Assembly (NCBI RefSeq): GCF_009914755.1
Contig: NC_060938.1
Strand: one strand, 5' to 3'
Length of the DNA stretch: 64,000 bases
Origin: the human T2T-CHM13v2.0 reference genome, Homo sapiens
The notes below the pieces were generated by a model, which saw nothing but the letters and a program-made list of their open reading frames with translations, ran no database searches and was not told where the DNA came from. Shown piece by piece: positions 1 through 11,400 of this stretch. The position numbers and the translations under genes are program-made. Within the stretch, counting starts at the first letter, position 1. Every line of letters begins with the position of its first letter.

Positions 1-880
1 AGTCTGTGTGGTGAGTGGGTGGAAAGGAGCTTCAGTGACTTAAGGATGGTAGGGGCCCAGAGCAGAAGCCTTCTGATGCTTGGCCAAGGGTTTAATCTTT
101 ATTTGTTATGCAATAGAAAATTACTTATGGGTTATCATGAACACCACCTGTCTCCTTTGGCAAAGAGTGAAAGATAGTTGTGACCCATAGAAGACAATTA
201 ATAAGTGTGACTTAAGGCTAATTAAAAAAATTTCAAATATTAACTGAGGGGTTTCTTTTAGTTTAGAGGAGGGAACACAGTAGTAGTTTGAAGAATTATA
301 GTCAGCAAAGGAGAGTGAAAAGAAACAGATGAAGGAAAGGAGAAAGCAATAGGATATTTTGGGAAAGGCACAGGCATGATGGCTGAGTGAACTCAAGGGA
401 GTGATTAGCAATGACAAGTGCAGAAAAGAAATGGAATAGAATGTAGACCACTGTCAGAAGAGTGTTGGTGGAGGAGTGGGAATAGACACTGTGTGGTAGT
501 AGGTTGAAGAGTGACTGTGAGGTGTATTGTGTGAGAGGGAATTTAGACTGCTTCTTTGAGGAGTTGACATTCTTCATTATGAAGAGAGAGAAGAGAGGCA
601 GCCCCAAAGGTGTCATCGTAATCATTTTTATTGTGTGTATATGCATGTGTTTTTCTCTTAGGGATGGGAGTGCATTGATAGTATTGAGGAAGCTGCCAAT
701 AGAGCTGAAGCCAGAGAATGAGAGGTGAGTGATGGTCAGGGAGGTGATAATAGTGAATGTAGCCAGAGGCTAAAAGGGATTAGTCATCCAGTGCAATGAA
801 GATTGGAAAGTAGGAAGGTGACACGAGAATAAGATTGTGGGTGTAGAGTATTGAAGGAGAAACTTTTTGCTTCACGGAAA
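1..880 (-). mobile_element. Degenerate L2 LINE fragments
   Basis: Purine-rich stretch (e.g. 440-600, gtagaccactgtcagaagagtgttggtggaggagtggg...tagactgcttctttgaggagttg) resembles the antisense L2 ORF2 consensus. Boundaries are approximate. Confidence 0.5.
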
Positions 881-1159
881 AAATAGTGTGGCCAGAGGCT
901 ATTAAATACATTCTGAATTCTCATATGTGACACATAAATCCCTTAACTAATTCCTCAGTTTTAATGTCCTACTCCTTCAACGTGCTACACCACCATTTTA
1001 GAACTGTTACCAAATGCTATTCATATCCTGTATTTTGGCATATGGTGTCCTCAATATTAGAAGGTTTTTCTTTCAGATCCTCTATGGTTCAAGTATAGTT
1101 TAATATCTCTCTTCTGTGGTCCACTGGGTCTTGAATTCTCTAAATTCCCTCCGAGTAGA

Positions 1160-1265
1160 CTTCATTAGATCGAGAGCATCTTAATAACAAGGACCATTTT
1201 CCAACATAGTTTTGTATTCTTATCACTTAGCATACAGTAGTTGTCCAATAAAATTTGTTGAGTCT
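1160..1265 (+). mobile_element. L2 3' end fragment
   Basis: cattagatcgagagcatctt...tttgtattcttatcacttagcatacagtag...caataaaatttgttgagt matches the L2 3' terminus pattern. Confidence 0.5.
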
Positions 1266-2085
1266 AAATTTCATTTTCCAAAGTAAGACATTTTGTGTTT
1301 TTAAGTTTTTGTGGTGATTTAGGATTACTCCAATTTATATACTTTCCATTTGTAAAGCTGAATTAGAAGCAGACTTGATTTTAAAACTGGTGAAAATGAT
1401 ACTTTACTTGCTAAATCACTCTCTTAAATGCACACTACCTTTGCTTTTTGATTTGGTGTGTGTATCTGTGTGTGAATTATGGGTCATCAACAAGCGTTAA
1501 ATATATTAAGGGTAGAATTTTAGTCTTAATTTTTGAATCTACAACAAAGGCTTGCTAGACTCATGATCAATAAATGCCTGACAAGCAACTAGTAAACTTT
1601 TGTTTGTACTCTGTTATGTACTATGTATGCGTCCAGAATCTTCTTGGAGGGTTCATTTTATATCCCTGTGTCTGAGTTACTTCTCTGTGAAATGACTTCC
1701 TCCACTGACTTCTGCACAATTATAGTTCAGAATTAAGGAGGCTATATTTGATTAATAATTTCTGCTTATAGAAGAAAAGTACTATGTAGATGAATATTCA
1801 ACAAGGAAAATGTTCTTAGTCATATGCTGGCCTATTCAGTGGGTGAGTAAAATGAGTACTATAATCTGTCACAACCATCTTTGTATGCAAAGTTTAGTAA
1901 TAAATCATAGAGGATTTTGCTTTTATTTAAATGAGCATAGGCCTATTGCCTCTGTTCTTTAAAAGTTCAGTTCTCTCTTATTTAGAACACTTTTTATTTG
2001 CAACTGTCTTCTTTCATAGTTTGCTATACTTCTAATCTTGGTCCAAGATATTACTCCCTGATTTCTTTCTTTTTCCTTCTTTTAG

Positions 2086-2131
2086 CCGACAGAGTTTCTT
2101 ACCACCTGAAGTGCAAACACTGTCAGAATGA
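2086..2131 (+). CDS. Candidate coding part of a terminal exon (phase-2 reading RQSFLPPEVQTLSE*); gene unidentified
   Basis: Strong acceptor: branch-like ctaat (~2032) or ctgat (~2058), pyrimidine tract 2062-2083, AG at 2084-2085. TGA at 2129-2131, followed by repeat-free UTR-like sequence and a polyA signal. The frame is inferred; the alternatives are PTEFLTT* or the longer DRVSYHLK... frame to 2354. Confidence 0.45.
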
Positions 2132-2459
2132 ATTGATGGCTTTCATATTATATGTTGACAATGCTACTACTCAGGAGTGGGAATGTGGTCAAAAAGACAG
2201 ATATGACTGTCCATCCTTTCCAGAGAATATTGCTGTGATAAGAAACATTCACAGGGGCCTTTTTTGTTTTAGCTCCCAAGGTTACTTTGGTGTGTACATC
2301 TTACTTTTTATTTTCCAAACGTATTGTTGCTATGTTTCTGAAAGCTTTGTTTGACATCATATCCTAGGGTTTTTGCTTCTCTGAGTTTTGCTTAGCATGC
2401 ATACAAAGAATTGTGGTGTTGACATTCTCTATCTTATTTAGAATATTTTATCCAGGGCC

Positions 2460-2515
2460 CATTGTACTGTGTAATTTAATTTTAAATAATAAATTGAATA
2501 GAAATGAAAATAGTG
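2460..2515 (+). terminator. Candidate polyadenylation signal of the putative terminal exon
   Basis: AATAAA at 2488-2493, preceded by TGTA motifs (2463, 2470) in AT-rich context. Confidence 0.4.
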
Positions 2516-2715
2516 TGCTGCCTTCCAAAACATACTTCCTAGAGCCCTTTTCTTGAGATTGCTGAGAGGACACTGTTACAGAAACATTACCTCATTTACT
2601 GACCCATGTTTGAATGTGTTTTTGAAGGGCAGTGACTCAAGATAGTGGGTAGTTACATTGTATTTTAAGTCTTTCAGAAATTAAAAAATTCAGTGTATCT
2701 GGAGTATGATATTCT

Positions 2716-2961
2716 TTTGTCATCCAGGCTGGAGTGCAATGGTGCAAACATGGCTCACTGTAGCCTTGACCTCCCAGGCTCAAGTAATCCTCTCACCTCA
2801 GGTGTGCCACTGCACCTGGCTAATTAAAAAAAATTTTTTTTTGTAGAGATGGGGTTTTGCCAAGTTGCCCAGATTGGTCTCAAACTCCTGAGCTCAAGAA
2901 ATTCACCTCTGTTGGCCTCCCAAAGTGCTGGGATTACAGGTGTGAGCCACTGTGCCTGGCC
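2716..2961 (-). mobile_element. AluJ-like SINE, tailless, with an internal ~24-nt deletion
   Basis: Antisense Alu body (gtcatccaggctggagtgcaatgg...gagccactgtgcctggcc). TSD tggagtatgatattct (2700-2715) / tggaatatgatattct (2962-2977). Confidence 0.9.
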
Positions 2962-3329
2962 TGGAATATGATATTCTCTAAAATTCGTCTTATGATGTTG
3001 CATATGGACCAACTTCTTAATTGATAAATATTGATAAAGTTACTGTTTCATTGAGACTATAGACATCAGAATCGAGAAGAATGTATTAAATTGAGTGAAA
3101 ATGAATAAAACAGAAGCATATAGTTTGAGGTGGATGAAGGATAATCTGTTTTTAACCCATGGTGGGAATGGTTATAAGATTAAACACAAAATGTAGGATA
3201 TTTAGTAAGGAGATTGATAAATGTGATCATATTCAAATTTAAAACTTTTATTTAAATTTGATACAATAATGTCAAGTTAAGCAGTACAATGGAAAATGTT
3301 TACAACCTCTTTATTTATTTATATGCCTT

Positions 3330-3452
3330 TTCATTCTTTCAGTAAACATTGATCAAGCACATACTATGTACCATGTGCTCTTTTAGACCCTAGGGTCTGG
3401 TAATGAGCAAAACAGATAAAAAAACCCTTTGCTTTCATAAAGATTACAGTGG
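3330..3452 (-). mobile_element. L2 3' end fragment
   Basis: tcattctttcagtaaacattgatcaagcacatactatgtacca...aaaacagataaa...ctttcataaagattacagt is a typical antisense L2 terminus. Confidence 0.6.
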
Positions 3453-3675
3453 ATTAGTGTTCAGAAGATATAAAAAACTGCTTCAAATTAAAAAAAAGCA
3501 AAAGCCCAATAGGAAAATTAGCAAAGAAAATGAGCAGGTAATTAAAAAAAGAGAAAGTACAAATGGCCAATAAATATTGTTCCTCTTTTAAAACTTCAGT
3601 AGTAACTGGAAGACACAAATTAAAAAATGAGATAGCAAATTTTTCTCAAAAATTAGGAAAAAGATAGATTACCAT

Positions 3676-3950
3676 TGCCATATGATAACACAGCACAAAG
3701 GCCCTCCCCAGATGTCAATGCCTTGATCTTGAACTCTCCAGCCTTCAGAACTATGAAACAGTAAATTTCCATTCATTTTAAATTACCTAGTCTCAGGTAT
3801 TCTGTTGTAACGGCACAAAATCGACTAAAACAAGCTGTATTAGCTTGAGCTGACATAACAAAATACCACACAGTGGGTGGCTTAAACAAGAGAAATTTAT
3901 TTTTCACAGTTCTGGAGGCTGAAAGTCTCAGGTCAGGGTGCCAGTGCTGG
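3676..3950. repeat. Inverted duplicate of 4255-4528 (MLT1 3' end joined to an MST LTR end)
   Basis: The reverse complement aligns across the same junction (ctaatacagct+tgttttagtc vs ctaatacagcttc+cgttttattcc). The ORF track shows paired peptides DLRLSASRTVKNKFLLFKP...AQANTA and DLRLPVSRTVKNNFLLFKP...AQANTA. Confidence 0.85.
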
Positions 3951-4087
3951 TATAGGATAGGTGGTAGCGTTGTTAGAGGATAATGGGCAGTTTCAAGCAC
4001 TTAGGTGAGCATGTAAATGGAGACAGTCTTTCAGGAGACAATCTGATAGAACTTTCCTCTCTGAAACTCCTTTCTTAGCCATATATC

Positions 4088-4372
4088 TACTATAGACTGC
4101 ATGTGTGTCCCCAAAGTTCATATGTTAAAACCCTAATCCCCAATGTGATGGTATTTGGAGATGGTGCCTTTGGGAAATAATTAGGTCATGAGAGTGGGAA
4201 CCTCATGGTGGAATTAGCTATCTGCAAGCCAGGTAGAGGGCCCTTACCAAGAACCCAACAATGCTGTCACCATGATCTCAGACTTCCAGTCTCCAGAACT
4301 GTGAAAAATAATTTTCTCTTGTTTAAGCCACACAGTTTGTGGTATTTTGTGATGTTAGCTCAAGCTAATACA
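4088..4372 (+). mobile_element. MLT1A-like MaLR solo LTR (internally deleted)
   Basis: Starts tactatagactgcatgtgtgtccccaaagttcatatgttaaaaccctaatcccc and ends gtggtattttgtgatg...gctaataca. Confidence 0.8.
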
Positions 4373-5916
4373 GCTTCCGTTTTATTCCATTTTGTGCTGC
4401 TGTAACAGAATATCTGAGATTGGGTAATTTATAATGAATGAAAATTTATTGGTTCACAGTTCTGGAGGCCGAGAAGGTCAAGGCACAGACATCTGGTGAG
4501 GCTGTTTTTGCTATGTCATCACATGACAAAATGTGGAAGGGTGAGAGCACAAGAGAGCAAACTCACTCCAGAGGGCCCTTTTTATAATGGCATTAATCAA
4601 TTCATGAGGGAAGAGCCCTCATAATCTAAACACCTCCCATTAGGCGCCACCTCCCAACACTGTTGCATTGGAGATCAAATTTCCAACAGATGAATTCTGG
4701 GGCGCACATTCAAAACACACTATTCTGCCCAGGTACCCAAAATTCATGCTCTTCTCATATGAAAAATTCATTCATTCCATCTCAAAGCCCTGAAAGTCTC
4801 AATGTCTTTCAGCAGCAACTTTAAAATGTAAGTCCAAAGTCTCAAATCTAAGCATTGTATGACTGAGACACAGTACCATTCATCCTGATGCAAATTATGT
4901 TCTAGATGTAAACCTGTGAAATTAAAACAAGTTATTTGCTTTCAAAATACAGTGGTGGGACAGGCATAGGACAGATTTTTCCATTCCGAAAGGAGAAATA
5001 GGCAAGAAGAATGGAGTAACAGGTTCCAACCAAGTTCAGAAGCTAATAGGGTAGACAATACTAAATCTTAAGGCTTGAGAATAATCTTTGACTTTGTGTC
5101 CTGTCTTCTAGGCACATTAAAACTGGAGTTGGGCCCCCAAGGCCTCAGGCAGCTCTAACCCTGTGCCTTTGCTGAACTCATCTCACTGAGCAGCTCTCAT
5201 GGGTTGGAGTCTCATGCCTGCACCTCTGTAGGCTGATGTGGCATGCTGGTGGCACTACAGGTCTAAAGTCTTAGGAGTGGCCCTCATCTGATGGCTCTAC
5301 AAGGCATTACCCTAGTCAGGACTCTTTGCAGTGGCTCTGCCCAAGCAGCAGGCCTCTGAAGCATCCTTTGAAATCTAGGTGGAGGCAGCCATGCCTCCAC
5401 AGGGCCAGAGTTACACCTGGGCCTGCTTGAGCCACAGCTGAGGTGGCTGAAGATAGCAGCACCAGAATGTGGGAGCAGAGGACTGAGACAGCTCTGGGCA
5501 ATGAAACCCAAATTCTCAAGAGTTTCCTAGGTCTCTCCCTCAAAACCTCAAAGTGCAAGGGACTTGAGGGTAGAAAGGTTTTGGAAGCCTTGAAGATCTC
5601 TGAAATGCTTTTAGGATAATTCTCCCATTGTCTTGATGAATGGCACCGGGCTTTCTTCTCTCTATGGTAATCTCCTTACCAAACAGTCACTGCTCAATCC
5701 CTTGATTTTCTCTTCTAAATATGCCTTTTCATTGTTTACATGTTCATGCTTGGGATTTTCCAAATCTCTATGTTCTGCCCTTTTAATTATTAATTCCATC
5801 TTTAAATCATTTCTGTCTTCTCACATTTTACTATATGCAGTTAAGAGAAGCCACACAGTCCCTTCCATATTTGCTGCTTAGAGATTTCTTCTGCCAGATA
5901 TCCTAGCTCAATTCTC

Positions 5917-6267
5917 TTAAATTCTGCCTTCCATAAAGCCCACGACATAGACATAATGCAGCCAAGTACTTTGCCACTTTACAACAAGGATGGCCTTCCC
6001 CCAGTTTCCAATACTTTCTTCCTCATTTCTGTCGAAGACCTCATCAGAATGGCCTCTACTGTCCGTATTTCTACCAATATTCTGTTTATAACCACCTAAG
6101 TAATTTTTAAGACATTTTATACTTTCCCTACAGTTCTCCTCTTCTTCTAATCCCTCACCACAAGTGCCATTATTGCTATGTTCACGGCAATATAGGCATT
6201 TTCTAGCCTGCTCCTCTAAATTCTTCCAGCCTTTATCCATTATATGTAGTTCCATAGCTGCTTCCAC
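5917..6267 (-). pseudogene. Relic of the MaLR internal ORF
   Basis: Peptide EAAMEL...GWKNLEE...RESIKCLKNYLGGYKQN...DEVFDRNEEESIGNWGK follows the THE1/MST internal ORF pattern (GWKSLE...RESLELL...EVSDGNEELIGNWSKG). Confidence 0.7.
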
Positions 6268-6510
6268 ATTTTCAAGTATTTATTATAGCAACACTCCACT
6301 TCTCTGGTACCAGTTTCTGTCTTAGTCTGTTTTGTGCTGATATAACAGGATACCTGAGACTGGGCAAGTTATGATGAAAAGAAACTTACTGGCTCCAATT
6401 TTGGAGGCTAGAAGTCTAAATCAAGGCACCAACATGTATCTGACAACTTTTTTGTTACATCATTACATGGCGGAAGGCAAAAGGGCAAGAGTGCAAGAGA
6501 GGGAACCCGC

Positions 6511-6639
6511 ATGCTGGGCTTAATACTTAGGTGATGGGTTGTTAGCTGCAGCAAACCACCATGGCACATGTTTACCTATGTAACAAACCTGCACATCCTG
6601 CACATGTGCCCCAGAACTTAAAAATAAAAGTAATAAAAA
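6511..6639 (+). mobile_element. Short L1PA 3' terminus inserted in the MST 5' LTR
   Basis: atgctgggcttaatacttaggtgatggg...gcacatgtgccccagaacttaaaaataaaa. Degenerate TSD aagagagggaaccc / aaggagacaaccc. Confidence 0.8.
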
Positions 6640-6957
6640 GGAGACAACCCATTGCCACAAGCCCTTTTTATAGTTACATTAATCTATTCATGAAGGCAGA
6701 GCCCTCATAATCTAAACACTTCCCCTAGGCCCCACCTCCCAATGCTGTTGCATTAGGGACTAATATTTAACACATGAATTCTGGGGGACACATTAAAACT
6801 ATAGCAGTATCTTAGAAAACATAGTGCACAGTCATGTTCATTGGGTTTTTGTAGCATTTTTTTTCAATGGCAAAAACGCAGGTAATCCAACTATCCATTG
6901 GGGGCGGATGGTAAAATAAAGCATGGCATGGTCACACTTGGAAGATTATAGCAAACC

Positions 6958-8820
6958 TTTTATTTATTTATTCACTTTTTAATATTTCAGCATTTATTTT
7001 AAATGCAAGGGGTACATTCATAAAATTTTTACCTGAGTATATTGGACCCAGGTAGTGAGCATAGTACTCAATAGGTAGTGTTTTTTTAACCCACAACCTC
7101 CTCCCTTCTTCCTCTCTCTAGTAGTTTGCAGTCTAATGTTCCCATGTTTATGTCTGTGTGTGCTAAATGTTTAGCTCACATTTATAAATGAGAGCATGTG
7201 ACATTTGGTTTTCTGTTCCTGTGCTAATTTTCTTAGGATTATAGTCTCAAGCTCCATCCATGTTGCTGAAAAGGACATGATTTCCTTATTTTTTTATGTC
7301 TGTGTGGTATTCCAAGGTGTATATCTACCACATTTTCTTTATCCAATTCACCATTGATGGGTGCTTAGGTTGATTCCATGTCTTTGCTATTGTGAATAGC
7401 ATGGTGATGAACATATGATTATGTGTGTCTTTTGGTATAATGATCTGTATTCCCTTGTGTATATACCCAGTAATGGGATTGCTGGGTCTTACATTAGTAC
7501 TAAGTTTTTTGAGAAATCTCCAAACTGCTTTCCACAGTAGCTGAACTAATTTACATTTCCACCAACAGCATATAAGTGTCCCCTTTTCCCTGCAGCCTTG
7601 TAGGCATCTGTTGTTTTTTTGACTTTTTAATAATAGACTTTCTGATTGGTGTGAGATGGTATCTTATTGTAGTTTTGATTTGTATTTCTCTGATGATTCA
7701 TGATGATCATTTTTGAAAAGTTTGTTGACTGCTTATATGTCTTCTTTTGAAAAGTATCTTTTCATGACTTTTGCACATTTTTAATGGGGTTATTTGTGTT
7801 TTGCTTGTTGATTTGTTTAAGTTCTCTATAGATTCTGGATAGTGAACCTTTGTCAGATGCATAGTTTGTGAATGTTTTCTCCCATTCTGTAGGTTGTCTG
7901 ATTAGTCTGTTGATGATTTCTTTTGCAGTGCAGAAGCGCTTTCATTTAATTAAGTTCCATTTGTCTATTTTTGTTTTTGTTGCAATTGCTTTTGAAGACT
8001 TGGCCATAAATTCTTTGCCAAGGCTGATGTTGAGAAGGTTATTTCCTAGAGTTTCTTCTAGGATTTTTATAGTTTGAGGTCTGACATTTAAAATCCATCT
8101 TGGGTTTGTTTTTAAATACGGTAAAAGGTAAGGGTCTAGTTTCATTCTTCCATACATAGCCATAGCTAGCCAGTTGTCCCTGCAATATTTATAGAATATG
8201 GAATTCTTCCTTCATTGCTTGTTTTTGATGGCCTTATGGACGATCAGATGGTTATAGGCGCACAGCTTTATTTCTGACTTTTCTGTTCCATTGGTCTCTG
8301 CGTCTATTTTTGAATCAGTACCCTGCTGTTTGTGTATGTAGCTATATATTTTGTAGCTTTATAGTATAGTTTGCAGTCAGGCAGTGTGATGACTGGCTCT
8401 GTTCTTTTTGCTCAGGATTGCTTTAGCTATTCAGGCTCTTTTTTGGTTCCATATGAATTTTAGAATAATTTTTTTCTAATTCTGTGAAGAATGATGTTGG
8501 TAGTTTGGTAGGAATAGCATCAAATCTGTAAATTGCTTTGGGCAATATGACCATTTTAATGATATCGAGTCTTTTAATTCCGTGAGCATGGGGTGTTTTT
8601 CCATGTATTTGTTCCATCTCTGCTTTCTTTCAGCAGTGTTTTATGGTTCTTCTTATAAAGATCTTTCACTTTCTTGGTTAGCTGCATTCCTAGGTATTTT
8701 ATTTTCTTTGTGTCTATTCTAAGTGAGATTGTGTTCTTTATTTGACTCTCAGCCTGGATGTTATTGGTGTATAGAAATGCTACTGATTTTTATACATTGA
8801 TTTTATATACTGAAACTTTG
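6958..8820 (-). mobile_element. 5'-truncated old L1PA/L1PB (~1.9 kb)
   Basis: Antisense 3'UTR with T-rich tail. ORF2 peptides KLDPYLLPY...[14 protein letters not shown] and [22 protein letters not shown]. Confidence 0.9.
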
Positions 8821-9463
8821 ATCATAGGAAATCTTTATTACTGATGTGAAAAGATCCTCAGGAAAATGGATAAGAAAAAAATTTAAAAAGTATTGATGTA
8901 TGATATTATTTATGTAAAACAAACATGTAATCATACAAAAGTCATATATTTTATAAGTATATATGACATGTGGTTATATGTTTTACACATATTTATGTCA
9001 CTGTATATAAAAGAGTATGCAACAGTGGTTGCCCATCTGGAAAGGGAAGAGGAATTGGACAGAAGTCCAGAGGAAATTTATCATCACCTAACTTATTTGA
9101 AATTCTATGCAAAAATGAATTCATTTAATAATTGTATAAAGTTGTTTTAAATGCAGACAATTACAGGAAATAGAAAGAAGTAAATGAGCAGCTAAATGAG
9201 CAGCTGAGAGTATTACAGAAACTGAGTTCTTCAAAGCACCAGAAGTTAGTGTCTAGTCAGATTTGTTTGAAGCACAGATCATTGTTTGAGAATAGAGAAG
9301 AAAAATGGGACAAACTTAATTGGAAGTGTTTGCTAATGGTTTTTAAAGTTGGACTAAATTTTATCATTAAATTTTAAGCAGAGATATGAGATTATTAGAT
9401 CTGTATTTTACAAAGTTTTATTTTTTGTACAGGATGAATTGGAAAGAAAGAGACAGAAGAGTT

Positions 9464-9480
9464 TGTGTGTGTGTATGTGT

Positions 9481-9520
<40 letters not shown>
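9464..9520. repeat. Compound (TG)n(AG)n microsatellite
   Basis: Directly visible. Confidence 0.95.
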
Positions 9521-9521
<1 letters not shown>

Positions 9522-10614
9522 CAATTTCAGGGAGAAGGCATGTGTTAAGATACATGTCTCATAAAACCAACTTACAAATATACTACTAGTGGTCAGATAG
9601 TAGAAATAACTTTGAGTACACTACACAATATATAAATACATCTCATATCTCAATTCTACATAAAACTTATAGTATAGATGTAAGCATATACATTTCCCAC
9701 CTTAGTTACTGCTATCTCTTGTACACACTTAAAGAAATTTCAAGATCTCAAGACGATTAGGAGTCAGCAAAAAATTTTAATCTGATCTTTGAGAACACCT
9801 ATTTCAATTTTTCAATTCCCTTGACTTCAGATTCTTAAGAAACTATGAACCTTATATCAGGCCAAAAAGACAGATGATACCTACTTCAGCATCTATGTCA
9901 AGGTATATTTCTAACTTCTTTAAATAAAAAAGATGGATATTGGGAAAGTCATTAGTCACCACTGCCTTTCCATTTGCTGGTGATAGAGATGAAGTCAATC
10001 AACCTGAGCATCTGCCTGGGTCAGCAGACCAGAAGAGACTTTTGACATGGGAATATATAGCTCTCCCTCCAGAGTGCTTTCTAATTTCAACTCTGGACTC
10101 CTCTTATTGTTTTTAAGAAGGAAGGTTGATGTTCTTATCTCAGGCAAACTGTCTACCTTCTCTTATGCTGTTTTTCGTCACCAAGGCTTTTTAAGACAAT
10201 CCATCTCATAATTTTAACACAAAACACATTTTCCGATTGGATTTTTACCTCCTAGAGCCTGATTTTTAAAAGTTAAAAGGGGAAAATGAAATCTGTCTTC
10301 TGCAAGACATTACTGCTACACATTTGTCAAGTTTCCAAAAGTAAAATTAAAATGGGAATGATAAATGAAGGTGGTGTTCCCATGTTCCCTTCTCTTTTTA
10401 AGTCCACTTAATTTTCCTCCTGTCTTCACTGATCAATATTTCACCCTTAACAACACCAGTTCCTGTTGTTCACATTATGTTTAATCACACAGATATCTGT
10501 CCAGTTCTTATTAAGTTCAAGTCCTAGAACAATAGAGCAGTCTTGTTTTAGGTGTGGATAGGAATGCACATTAAAAAGAAGTGGAATATAGTGTTCATGA
10601 TTTATTAAGCACAT

Positions 10615-11400
10615 AATTATTTTATTCAACAAATATTAAACACCAGGTACTCGGGACACAATGATGGTTTAGGTGCCAACTCTGCCCTTGAAGGGCTCAG
10701 GTTATTAGGGAAGTACTATTAGAAACATGCAATTAGAATCCTAAGTGTTATAATTGAAGTATGTACAAAATTCTGCATGAGTTCAAAACAAGAACTCATA
10801 CAGAATAAGAACTCGGAACTCATGGGGAGAGAGGTCAAGAAAGGTGTCATAAAGGAAGTGATACCCAGAAACAAAGGAGTAGTGCAGCAAAAAGAAGGGT
10901 ATAAAGGCTATTCCAGGCAGTGTGTGTGCTATGTGTCAAGGAATGGATGAGGAATACATTTATTATTTGGGGAAAGGTAAATTGTTCAGTGTTGCTAAAG
11001 GACAGGGTACATAGAAAATTTGGTAAAGAACTGGGGGTGGGTGGGGAAGGACTGGATGAAGTCTTGCATTGGCAGAAATGACCAATCACTGTTCTCAGTG
11101 TTTTATGTTTTTTTCACATTTACTCTTCACGAAAATTGTGAGTCAAGTACTATTACCCTTATTTTGCAAAAAAGGAATCAGCCCAGGTAATGTAAAAACA
11201 AAAATAAAAATTTTCTAAATATATATAGATAGAAAATGGCAGAGCCAGTAATTGAATTCAGATCTAATAGGCTTTAACATTTGTGTTCTGATTCATAGAA
11301 GAGTGAATGGTCAGGGGGAAGACTACTTGTGAAGACCTTGAATGCAGTGGGAATTTGAATTTTATGTGTATGCAGTAAGAATTCAAAGAAATATTTTAAG
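10615..11400 (-). mobile_element. L2 fragment interrupted by a MIR (~11087-11290)
   Basis: tttattcaacaaatatt...ctgcccttgaagggctcag (L2 end). MIR core tactattacccttattttgcaaa...atggcagagccag...tgaattcagatct. Confidence 0.65.

Larger units (their letters stand above)
4378..6806 (-). mobile_element. Two-LTR MST-type (MSTC/D-like) ERVL-MaLR element: 3' LTR ~4378-4720, internal 4721-6317, 5' LTR 6318-6806
   Basis: Two similar LTRs (tgtcttagtc...cattaaaactatagca) flank MaLR internal sequence. ctctggtaccagtttc abuts the LTR at 6318, as in THE1/MST internal regions. Confidence 0.85.
3455..9150 (+). mobile_element. Ancient L1ME-like 3' region split into pieces (about 3455-3675, 3945-4087, 6807-6957, 8821-9150) by later insertions
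   Basis: Colinear L1M ORF2-end/3'UTR motifs resume after each insert (caaatggccaataaata..., ccagtgctgg...atgtaaatgg..., gcattttt...ggtaaaataaa..., ctgatgtgaaaagatc...). Confidence 0.55.

Noticed and set aside
1998-2354. 118-aa ORF as a stand-alone gene
   Set aside because: It has a non-ATG start and runs through a polypyrimidine tract. It is better explained as intron end plus terminal exon.
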